DNA from: a virus
Lineage: Duplodnaviria > Caudoviricetes
Virus record (IMG/VR): IMGVR_UViG_3300048998_000054
Coordinates: 1 to 50,746 of that record
Direction: 5' to 3' (one strand)
Length of the DNA stretch: 50,746 nucleotides
Both the position numbers and the translations under genes were made by a program. This document shows, one piece after another, positions 42,989 through 50,746 of this stretch (positions within the stretch are counted from its first letter, which is position 1; every line of letters begins with the position of its first letter). The notes beneath the pieces were generated by a model. That model was not told the DNA's origin and ran no database searches. It saw only the letters and a program-made list of their open reading frames with translations.

Positions 42989-43449
42989 TTCGCTGCCCTC
43001 TTACGGCTAACTGCCGGTGCGGAATCTGTTGGCGGCTCCGCGTAGGTGTCCGTAATTACGACGGTAACGTGCTCCCCAGCTTTCAGCGCGGCTTCGATTT
43101 TCGGGTAGAGTGCGTTAAATGCCAGCGCACTTTCCCCTACGAAGTTGTCCGTGTAAGTGCGCCCCACCAACAGGCAGCCTTCCGTGTCGTTGGCGTCGTT
43201 GCCTTTGTGGATGCGCACGCCTTCGTAGTTCGGCACCTTGTCCAGCAGCGGCATTACCCGGCCAAACTTTGGCGAGAAAGTGAGCAGCACGTTGTAAGCG
43301 CCGGACGGAATGGCGGTCTTGCCATAGACCTTAACATCTGGGCGGCGGACAGTATCCTCCAACACAAAACATTCGTGCTCTCCATCAATTGTCAATTCAC
43401 CGATTGTGCTGGTGTCAGTGTACGTCGTGCGGGTTAGTTCGAGCTTCAT
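42985..43449 (-). CDS. Endolysin candidate (DUF5675-like L,D-peptidase)
   Basis: MKLELTR...STIGEL..CFVLED..TAIPSGAY..IHKGN..DTEGCLLVG; lies between holin-like genes and spanins. Confidence 0.78.
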   Translation of the reverse strand: MKLELTRTTYTDTSTIGELTIDGEHECFVLEDTVRRPDVKVYGKTAIPSGAYNVLLTFSPKFGRVMPLLDKVPNYEGVRIHKGNDANDTEGCLLVGRTYTDNFVGESALAFNALYPKIEAALKAGEHVTVVITDTYAEPPTDSAPAVSRKRAAK

Positions 43450-43747
43450 CAAGTTCTCCTTCAAGCAATGCCCTGCGGCGGGTGTTGGCCCCAACAAATA
43501 CGGCTACGCCTACCGTCCAGAAGACGTTTAGCAAGTCGTAAATTTCAAAGCCCCATGATTCCTTTGTCTTCCAAGCGGCTGGATGCCAAAGAATAAGAAT
43601 GTTGCACAGCGCGCCAACAGTGAGAATGATAAAGGCGTAGCGAACTGTATTGTTGGTTTCTTTGCTCATGCGGTTAAGCGACACCAACCCCACGTACATA
43701 ACGTAGAGGCTGGCTCCGGAGCAAATAAGATTGAAAAACTTTTCCAT
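43415..43747 (-). CDS. Three-TM membrane protein (holin/antiholin candidate)
   Basis: Three hydrophobic segments; in the lysis cassette. Confidence 0.6.
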   Translation of the reverse strand: MEKFFNLICSGASLYVMYVGLVSLNRMSKETNNTVRYAFIILTVGALCNILILWHPAAWKTKESWGFEIYDLLNVFWTVGVAVFVGANTRRRALLEGELDEARTNPHDVH

Positions 43748-43749
43748 TG

Positions 43750-44067
43750 CTATTCCTTTGTATCAGGGAGGAAAGGTATCTTTACGTTTTTAAGCCGATC
43801 TACAAGAAAGAACATGACCGGTACTAACCGCATGGCGAGCAGCGCGGCAAAGAATGCCACGCCGCGCTCCAGCACCTCTGGCAGCCCGAAACCACTAATC
43901 GCCATCGGCGCGCCATAAGCAGCGATTGCCACCCCTGTAGCCACGCTGGAAAACACTTGCGCCCGCGTGAGTTGAGGAATGTAACTCAGGCTGAGCACAG
44001 AACCAAGAAACGCCGCTATGAGGGTAGCGGTCTTCACCCCGAGAAAATCGCTGATATAGTCTTGCAT
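43750..44067 (-). CDS. Holin candidate
   Basis: 105 aa with about three TM segments; AAFLGSVLSL; first gene of the lysis cassette. Confidence 0.7.
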   Translation of the reverse strand: MQDYISDFLGVKTATLIAAFLGSVLSLSYIPQLTRAQVFSSVATGVAIAAYGAPMAISGFGLPEVLERGVAFFAALLAMRLVPVMFFLVDRLKNVKIPFLPDTKE

Positions 44068-44075
44068 CTTATCCC

Positions 44076-44615
44076 CTATTCGGATGTGAAGTCAAAGTCA
44101 AACACAATGGCGTTTAAAGCTTCCGCCGTGGTGGCCGCAGCTATTTCGTCTGCGTATTTTTGGCGGCGGCCCACCACCTTTGGAAAGTACGCGCTGAAGG
44201 CCTCCACAGCCGCCACAGTGCGCGCCAGCAAATTCTCTCTGGTTACGCCTCTGTAGCTTGCCATCAAGTCTATGTAAGGCGTGAGGGCTGTGTTGTCCGC
44301 CTGCCACGCTGTAGACTCGCGACGTTGATCAGGCCACGTCTGTATTTCAAAGCCGGGGTAGCCTGCGGTAGCTTGGTCGGCCAGCGCTTGCGCAGTGTTA
44401 TTCAGCTCAAGCAACCGAGCTTCTTTCAGGTCGGCAAGTGGGATTGGCACTACGACACTCGGCGAGGTGAACGTGCCGTCAACAGGGTTATAGATATCGC
44501 CAATTGTCGCTATATCTGTTATGACCATTACAGTGTCTTCGGGAGGCTCGTAACCATCGCCGATGATAATCGCATTGAAAACAACATTCTGTGAATTCAC
44601 TAATACTGCACGCAT
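44076..44615 (-). CDS. Tail fibre assembly protein
   Basis: Follows the fibre gene; YPGFEIQTWPDQRRE and GRRQKYADEIAAATTAEAL. Confidence 0.7.
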   Translation of the reverse strand: MRAVLVNSQNVVFNAIIIGDGYEPPEDTVMVITDIATIGDIYNPVDGTFTSPSVVVPIPLADLKEARLLELNNTAQALADQATAGYPGFEIQTWPDQRRESTAWQADNTALTPYIDLMASYRGVTRENLLARTVAAVEAFSAYFPKVVGRRQKYADEIAAATTAEALNAIVFDFDFTSE

Positions 44616-44631
44616 TTCATGCTCCTTGTGG

Positions 44632-46266
44632 TTACGAAATCCATTTGAACAAAATTACGCCATTAGCCCCAGCGCTGCCTGCCATCGTCGCGCCTACGCC
44701 GCCGCCGCCGCCGACACCAAAACCGGAAACCGCAGTTGGCCCGGCCCCTGTACCGCCGCCGATACCGTTTGAACCAAGCGGGCCGCCTGCGCCATTACAT
44801 CCACAGAAAGTGGGGCTCGACGCAAAACCCATAAAGTTAGTTTGCTTAATCGAGTACTGGTCGGCGATAGCAAGTATGCTTGCGGAGAGTGTTCCCTGCG
44901 CCGCGCAGCGTGACAACGCGCCTGTAGTCGCAATGGCTTGCACCCCTCCGTTGGCGGTGTAAGTGGTGCCGTTGATCGTAATCGAAGTGGCCCCGCCAGC
45001 CAGACCGTCAGTCCCGGCAGCTGAGCCGCCTGCACCGCCTGCACCGATTGTAACCGCATAACCTACTCCACCAGTTAATCCAGAAACATTAAATACGGCC
45101 ATTGCTCCATGGCCTCCCCCTGGACTGCACGCGTTGGCGCTGTTCGCGCCCGCACCACCCGAACCAGCGCCACAGATAGTAAGTTCTACCAATGTCGAAG
45201 GGACAATGCCCGCAGGCGCAGTCCACGTACCAGAGGCCGTTATCGAACCGTGGTTCAACTGTTTTGCATTGAGACCGGCGTAACGTGCATCGAGATTAGC
45301 CGCATAATTCCGCATGATAATCATGCTTACTGTAGTTGCAGAAGTCACCCACGCATAGTAGGTGTCCCCTGCCGCGCAAACAACCGGCGCACCCCCGCCA
45401 TTAAGCGTAAGGCTTGCGCTTGGGGTGATTGTTGGCGTGCCGAGAATCGTGCCTTGCATCGTGTGCCCCGGCGTCAACCCGCTTGCGCCAAGACTGTTAA
45501 TGCCGACATTGCCAGATATATCAACCGTATCGCCGTCGGTCGCGCTAAAGATTGGCGTAGTGGGTGCGGAGGCCACAGTTACACCTTTTGCACCAATCAT
45601 CGAGTAGCTGCCGTATTGGCTGCCCATCTGGAACGATTGCGTCTTGACACTGGGCTCCGCCGATGGCAGCACCTGCAGAATGCTAAAACTTGCTATAGTG
45701 ATAGGGTTAGGAAGAACTGTGGCCCCATCCATCTGCATTGTTACGAGGGTTGTAGAAGAAAATACTGCGGCTTGTACGTTCCCATAAACAGTCCCGAATT
45801 GAATCCGAAGACCTGTTTGAAATTTTGCAGTCTGGTCGCCCACCACCGTAAATGAGTTTGGCGACACATAGGTGCAAGCAATCCCTGAGGGAACCCACGG
45901 GTTGATTTGAGCCGCCAATTCTGACGCCGTGTAACCCCAGCGCTCCCAGTAGGCCGTTGCGGTGCTCGGGGTCTGGCCAACACCGGCTTGAATGCATTTA
46001 TAAGTTTTACCATCGTCGCCAATGACACGAGCTCCAATAGCATATGATTCTGTTGCATCATAATCTACCAGACCACGCTGCATGAAGTAGCGAATGGCAT
46101 TGGAGCACCAGTTTAATATCCAGTTAAATCGTTGTCTCGACGGTGGGACAGCCGACAGGGGCCAGCCCGCTTGGATGTCTGAATTTGCTGGAACAATAAT
46201 GTCGGCTGGGTTGGCTGCCGTCTCTGCCCACGCAGGTTTAACAGGTGGTTTTGTGTACTGCGTCAT
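44632..46266 (-). CDS. Tail fibre protein
   Basis: N-terminal PPSRQRFNWILN baseplate anchor; Gly-rich C-terminal domain. Confidence 0.85.
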   Translation of the reverse strand: MTQYTKPPVKPAWAETAANPADIIVPANSDIQAGWPLSAVPPSRQRFNWILNWCSNAIRYFMQRGLVDYDATESYAIGARVIGDDGKTYKCIQAGVGQTPSTATAYWERWGYTASELAAQINPWVPSGIACTYVSPNSFTVVGDQTAKFQTGLRIQFGTVYGNVQAAVFSSTTLVTMQMDGATVLPNPITIASFSILQVLPSAEPSVKTQSFQMGSQYGSYSMIGAKGVTVASAPTTPIFSATDGDTVDISGNVGINSLGASGLTPGHTMQGTILGTPTITPSASLTLNGGGAPVVCAAGDTYYAWVTSATTVSMIIMRNYAANLDARYAGLNAKQLNHGSITASGTWTAPAGIVPSTLVELTICGAGSGGAGANSANACSPGGGHGAMAVFNVSGLTGGVGYAVTIGAGGAGGSAAGTDGLAGGATSITINGTTYTANGGVQAIATTGALSRCAAQGTLSASILAIADQYSIKQTNFMGFASSPTFCGCNGAGGPLGSNGIGGGTGAGPTAVSGFGVGGGGGVGATMAGSAGANGVILFKWIS

Positions 46267-46974
46267 TTAAAACTCCTCGGCAAAAACTCCGCCCGTGGTT
46301 GAGGAACTTTCTTCCCCAAAACCTTTGGCAGTTGGTTGGTCGGAAAATCCGAAATATGAATCATCATCAAACGATACCAGTGAAGTAAGCTGAACACCGG
46401 CAGGCCGGGGCAGCAAATCCAACTGCTTAATCAAAATTTTCTCTACGGCAGTTAGCGCTCTGCCAATGCCGATCTTAATTCTCATGCCTCCTACGTCTTC
46501 TATTACGTTAGTAGCGCCTTGGAAAATGTAGGCCATTCCCTCAAGGATATCATCGGCCGTACCAGTAGAATGATTCTTGACGATCTTGGCGCGAATTAAT
46601 AACCGGAACTCCGGGTCTCCTAATGTCGTCGAAGCTGTGTACGGCTCAAGCTCATCGCGGAAACGGGCACCTGCAGATGCACCCTCTTCACCAAACGTCA
46701 TTCCGGAAGGCGTGTCAGCAAAGCCGAAGAACGCCAAAGCAATCGCGTTAGGTACAACCCGGCTAATGCCAATGATGCTACCAATAGTGTCAAGCTGTAC
46801 GCCAACCGACAGGTCTATGTCAGTAATTTGCTTAACACTTAGCAAGGCGTCTTCTAACTCTTGAGCAGTAGCGCAGAGAGAAGATAATGTGGCGAGAAAT
46901 TTGACGGACTCGGTGTATTGAGTTGCAACCCGCGCCCGCGCGGCCGCCGCGTGGTCTAAGCGTTCTGTTGTCAT
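46267..46974 (-). CDS. Baseplate wedge protein (DUF2612-like)
   Basis: GVQLDTIGSIIGISR, FFGF, FRLLIRAKIVKN, LPRPAGV. Confidence 0.82.
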   Translation of the reverse strand: MTTERLDHAAAARARVATQYTESVKFLATLSSLCATAQELEDALLSVKQITDIDLSVGVQLDTIGSIIGISRVVPNAIALAFFGFADTPSGMTFGEEGASAGARFRDELEPYTASTTLGDPEFRLLIRAKIVKNHSTGTADDILEGMAYIFQGATNVIEDVGGMRIKIGIGRALTAVEKILIKQLDLLPRPAGVQLTSLVSFDDDSYFGFSDQPTAKGFGEESSSTTGGVFAEEF

Positions 46975-48149
46975 AGCTCCACCACCACAATCCGAGCTGC
47001 ATCAAAGCGTGCCAGCCCGTTAAATGGCACCACAATATTAGACGTGCCAACCGGGGAGGCTGTCAACCCCAGTGTGATAGAGTTAATGGCATAGTTGTTG
47101 GCTACGTTGGCCGGGTCGTACAGCCGACTTTGAATAACGTCCTCACCAATGGCAAGCCCATCGGAGCCATCCCCAGTTGGGCCGTTCAGTGCCCAGTCTA
47201 CTAACGCTGCCTTTATCTGAGCCGCGCCATCTGTCGGGTAGCCTGCAAACTTTGTCAGCGTTACCGTGATGTACACATCAGAATAAGAAGGCCGATCGAA
47301 GTTAATTACGTGGCTGCCGCCTTGAGTGTCCGTCACAGTAACAGGAGTAGAGCCGATAGTAGACGTACCGGCCGTTTTCTTAATCCAGATAGTCTGCCCA
47401 ATATCTTGGATTATGCCGCCTTCTACCACCGCATAAATGGAATGCGCTGCCTGCCCATTGGAGTCCACGGCATCAGTATAATTCTCGTACACACGTGCCA
47501 GCCGCACCCCGGACAAGTTGGCGATTGCACCGTACACTGAGTCCAGAATACTCTGGGCTGGGGTGTTGGTGGAGCCTTTGCGGCGAGTGCGCAGTTGCTC
47601 GTCTGTTTCTTCCAAGCGGCCCGGCACGGCAATGTTCGGGTTTGTAACTGTCTGCCAGCCGTAAATAGGCGTGTCGATCTTGGTGAGTGTGCCCGCACTG
47701 GCGGCTGTGGCGTCCTGCTCCGTGCGCTGCACAGTGGCGGTTACTGTGCCGCTGGCAGAAATGGTCACATCAGCAGTTAGCCGCCAAGACGTACCATCCA
47801 CGGTACTTTTGACTAAGCTTTCTGCTGGAATAACAGTGTTCACCGTGCCGCCCAGCACGACGTCGGCGGTGCTGTAATCCCCTGATATGCGCTTGATTTT
47901 ATTCAGCTCAACCAGCCGAGACAGCGCCACACCTGTTGCAAGCTGGGGGTTGAAGCTGTTGTACACGTCCTCAGCCAATTGATCCAAGTCGCTGAAGCGC
48001 TCGGCCAAGATACCCAAGAACTCACCATCTAAGTCATCCGGCTCTACCATTATGTCGTCACCGTAAATGGCTTTGTAGTCCGCCACTAGCGTAGCCAACC
48101 GCTCATCTAGACGCGTGCGAAGAAAGCCAAGGGATGTAACTGATGTCAT
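46971..48149 (-). CDS. Baseplate J / gp47-like protein
   Basis: ATGVALSRL, GRLEETDEQLRTR, HSIYAVVEGG, INFDRP. Confidence 0.9.
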   Translation of the reverse strand: MTSVTSLGFLRTRLDERLATLVADYKAIYGDDIMVEPDDLDGEFLGILAERFSDLDQLAEDVYNSFNPQLATGVALSRLVELNKIKRISGDYSTADVVLGGTVNTVIPAESLVKSTVDGTSWRLTADVTISASGTVTATVQRTEQDATAASAGTLTKIDTPIYGWQTVTNPNIAVPGRLEETDEQLRTRRKGSTNTPAQSILDSVYGAIANLSGVRLARVYENYTDAVDSNGQAAHSIYAVVEGGIIQDIGQTIWIKKTAGTSTIGSTPVTVTDTQGGSHVINFDRPSYSDVYITVTLTKFAGYPTDGAAQIKAALVDWALNGPTGDGSDGLAIGEDVIQSRLYDPANVANNYAINSITLGLTASPVGTSNIVVPFNGLARFDAARIVVVEL

Positions 48150-48502
48150 AAAGCCACCTCTATCAATAATGGATCAATGTCATACACCGTTAGCACAGAT
48201 GCGGCGATGCTCAATTTACGCGTGGAGCTGTCGTACACCATGTCAAACGTTTCAATGGATGACATTCCTTCGGTGCCCAGCAATTTCTGTTTGACTATGG
48301 ATTCCACAAACGGCAGGTCTGTAGGCTTCTCCACAATGCGTTGCAAGTATGGCAGCCCGGCAGTGGTGTCCAGAAACCACTCCTCCAGCAACAGACTTAG
48401 CCGAGTAGCTGCCCGTTGCTTTACAGCCTCGTTGGCTACGGCTATGTTGCCAGCGCCGTGCCCAAAGGACATGTCGTTGCCCACTAAACGTCTCACTCTC
48501 AT
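48146..48502 (-). CDS. Baseplate wedge subunit (gp46/W-like)
   Basis: MRVRRL..DMSFG, EWFLDTTAGLPY. Confidence 0.75.
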   Translation of the reverse strand: MRVRRLVGNDMSFGHGAGNIAVANEAVKQRAATRLSLLLEEWFLDTTAGLPYLQRIVEKPTDLPFVESIVKQKLLGTEGMSSIETFDMVYDSSTRKLSIAASVLTVYDIDPLLIEVAL

Positions 48503-49161
48503 ACCGGGCCTCCTGTGTTGGAGCCGCCAGCCTGCACTCCGCTGTGTACGTGGGTTTTAACTGACTTACCGCCGCCGACTACATCTGTGGTGCCGGTGAT
48601 GGTGCCGGTAGAAGTTTGGTTGCCATCATGCACAATGTTTCCTTTGATGGTTATCGTGCCTTCGGTCAATTTGATGTACGTGCTGCGGTTGATTGTGCGC
48701 AGCTCCATGCCATCGGTCTGTACGTTCGTTAATTTCCTTGGCAGGCTCCGCACACCAACTATGGCGAAGGCATCGGACAAATCATGCATGCGGTATTCCG
48801 CAGGCAACTGCACGCCGCCATTCGCATGCCAAAAATCTATACAACGCTCACTGAATACGCAGATGCATTCGTCGCCTGCTGCAACAGGGAATGTAATTAC
48901 GAAGTTGCCGCCGCTAGGGAATTGCAGCGGCACGTCCACGCATGGCGGCAGGTTCACCGGACCAGTGTCAGTGAACACACGTTGTATGGCGAGCTGTACG
49001 GTGCATGTTTGCGAACCGACAAGGTCCACGGCAGTGATAATACCCGGCAGACAGGTGTGCGTATTTTTGAGCGCAGCATCTATGTGCGAGCGCACTGCCT
49101 CTTCTGGGTTGCCAGCCTTCTGGGCTTGGTCATCAAGGCTGCTATTTACGCCGGTACTCAT
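48499..49161 (-). CDS. Baseplate central spike (Gp138/gpV-like)
   Basis: DVPLQFP, GDEC..FSERCID, RMHDLSDA, and a C-terminal HVH metal-binding tip. Confidence 0.88.
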   Translation of the reverse strand: MSTGVNSSLDDQAQKAGNPEEAVRSHIDAALKNTHTCLPGIITAVDLVGSQTCTVQLAIQRVFTDTGPVNLPPCVDVPLQFPSGGNFVITFPVAAGDECICVFSERCIDFWHANGGVQLPAEYRMHDLSDAFAIVGVRSLPRKLTNVQTDGMELRTINRSTYIKLTEGTITIKGNIVHDGNQTSTGTITGTTDVVGGGKSVKTHVHSGVQAGGSNTGGPV

Positions 49162-50072
49162 TGGCCTGTCTTCTTAGGAAATGAGCTGTCCATGCTTACT
49201 GTCTCCACTGTTGTTTTCCAATCTTGACCATGCGTGTCGCCCTTGTGCGTCAGCTTGTAAATCTTGTACACGCCATCAGGGTCTAAGCGCGCAGGTGCCG
49301 TTACTTTCTTGCCGATTTTTTCGTTGTTAGAGTCTACGGCCTGCTTCTTTAGTTTGATGTTGTTATTGTCCAGAAGGATGCGACCATTTACCTGATACAG
49401 CGGGTTCATCAGCGTATCTACCTTGATGCCTTTGTCGTCTTGCTGTGGCGCGCTAATCATGCCCGTGGCGGCATTCACGACGATGGCTTGGTTCGGCAGC
49501 ACGCCGCTGGCCTTTATGATTTGTAGCCGTCCGTCCTGGATGCTCCAGTTGGAGTCGTGTTGCCGGGCCACTTCGCTCAGCACGTCTCTAGCATTGCCGC
49601 TTATCACTTTGCCGCGCAGCCGACTGGTGTAGCCTACACCGCTGACAACGCCCTTCTTGGTGCTGCTGAAGCTGCGTACTACGCGCTCTACTAGCTGTAC
49701 ATCGCTCACGCCAGCTGCGAGAGTTTCATTGACCACAGCACCGGTAAAATCTCTGTCGCCATCGCCGCAGTCAATTTCAACAATCCAATCATTCTTTTCT
49801 CTGTAACGGTACACATGGCGGATGTTGCCGGTAAAAACCACGGCCTCCGCACCTTCGTAACCCGCGTTCAGGGTTATGTCTTTGTACTGATCCTTAATGG
49901 CAGCCTGATGCATGTCATTGAGATTGTATATTTTGATGTTGGCCGAGTTTGGGGTTGACTGATGGTCCTTCTCCACCTCAAACACTATACGCAGGTTTTC
50001 TATCAGCAGGCCAACTCCAGCCTTGCCGACAATTACCTGCGCGTGGCGCTTATACTGCCGAGTCGATAACAC
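49158..50072 (-). CDS. Baseplate hub protein
   Basis: PNSANIKIYNL, LNAGY, CGDGD, WSIQDG, HKGDTHGQDW; GTG start at 50072 after GAGG. Confidence 0.8.
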   Translation of the reverse strand: MLSTRQYKRHAQVIVGKAGVGLLIENLRIVFEVEKDHQSTPNSANIKIYNLNDMHQAAIKDQYKDITLNAGYEGAEAVVFTGNIRHVYRYREKNDWIVEIDCGDGDRDFTGAVVNETLAAGVSDVQLVERVVRSFSSTKKGVVSGVGYTSRLRGKVISGNARDVLSEVARQHDSNWSIQDGRLQIIKASGVLPNQAIVVNAATGMISAPQQDDKGIKVDTLMNPLYQVNGRILLDNNNIKLKKQAVDSNNEKIGKKVTAPARLDPDGVYKIYKLTHKGDTHGQDWKTTVETVSMDSSFPKKTGQ

Positions 50073-50385
50073 TTTGCACCTCATCCTCAGAAAACCAATA
50101 CAACTTCGTGCGTGTGCCGAAGTCATCCAAAGTGGCCTCGCTGCCTTGCTTGCTGGTATCCACTAGCAGCAGCGCGCCAATGCCGTAGTTATACGCTTCC
50201 AGCAGCTCTTGCCCCAGCACAAGCGGCTGCCCATATACGTACACCTGCAGAGTTTCATCATTGCTCAGAGACAGTGAAAATTGGTTTGAGCGATCGTTCC
50301 ACTGTATGTCGAACTTCAGCTTCGCCAGCCCGAGTTGGGTGACAAAGCTCTGTGCAGCATCTGCGGTAATTGGCAGTTCGGTCAT
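50050..50385 (-). CDS. Small baseplate protein
   Basis: 111 aa; QSFVTQL..WNDR..PLVLGQELL..DFGTRTKLY; synteny. Confidence 0.7.
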   Translation of the reverse strand: MTELPITADAAQSFVTQLGLAKLKFDIQWNDRSNQFSLSLSNDETLQVYVYGQPLVLGQELLEAYNYGIGALLLVDTSKQGSEATLDDFGTRTKLYWFSEDEVQSVIDSAV

Positions 50386-50746
50386 GACGTTCCCTTCAAT
50401 GCGCCGCTCAACTTCTTAAGCACAGAGCCCTTCTTTTTATCATCCACTTCCGCGCTTTGCTTTTCCCCACTGTCTTTCTTCTTGCCAGCTTGGTTGGCCG
50501 CCTTACCCTTCTTGCGCGGTGGGTACGTCACCACCTCGGTGTTGACTATGACGATTTCCCGCAGCTCAGCTTTGAACATTACAGCATTGGCAGACCCTGC
50601 GTTCTGCGTTACGCTCAGGTTGGTGCAGATCATGTTGTTGTAAAGTTGCAGCCCGGTCTGCACGTCAAAGGGTTCTCTGGAGCGCATGAGCAATTGCAGC
50701 CGACGGTAGGCGTTGTTAATGCGGCCATCGTACAGCCCGAAGCCGT
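50382..50746 (-). CDS. Dit-like baseplate protein, 3' part (continuation of 1..365)
   Basis: REPFDVQTGLQLYNNM..ELREIVIV; in frame with the ORF starting at 365. Confidence 0.8.
   Translation of the reverse strand, partial: GFGLYDGRINNAYRRLQLLMRSREPFDVQTGLQLYNNMICTNLSVTQNAGSANAVMFKAELREIVIVNTEVVTYPPRKKGKAANQAGKKKDSGEKQSAEVDDKKKGSVLKKLSGALKGTS
50620..50746. repeat. Terminal direct repeat, right copy
   Basis: Identical to 1-127. Confidence 0.95.

Noticed and set aside
44632-46266. Diversity-generating retroelement or invertible tail fibre
   Set aside because: I found no reverse transcriptase, invertase or second copy of the fibre 3' region.

Overview
The window is a complete, circularly permuted ~50.6 kb genome of a tailed dsDNA phage with a contractile tail (myovirus). 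Bases 1-127 equal bases 50620-50746, and a baseplate gene reads in frame across the join. The minus strand (15640 down to 1, continuing 50619 down to 42342) carries terminase, portal, head, neck, sheath/tube, tape measure, baseplate, tail fibre and a holin/endolysin/two-component spanin cassette, which implies a Gram-negative host. The plus strand (16119-42308) carries small early genes, primase-helicase, ATP-dependent ligase, a DenV-family glycosylase, MazG, a probable SSB, PolA, a Cas4-like nuclease, VRR-NUC, an SNF2 helicase and a nucleotide-modification block. I recognise no integrase, repressor, tRNA or CRISPR array, so the phage is probably virulent. The most interesting candidate system is a dUMP-type hydroxymethylase linked to a TAGT/GREB1-like glycosyltransferase, an HD nucleotidase and DUF3310, with no recognisable kinase or amino-acid transferase; this suggests glycosylated hydroxymethyluracil (base-J-like) DNA. 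Other highlights are a perfect gene-32-like H-type pseudoknot in the SSB leader, a duplicated basic domain next to the glycosyltransferase, and a peptidase / SspB-like tail / J-domain trio. All family calls come from motif recognition by eye; no searches were run.
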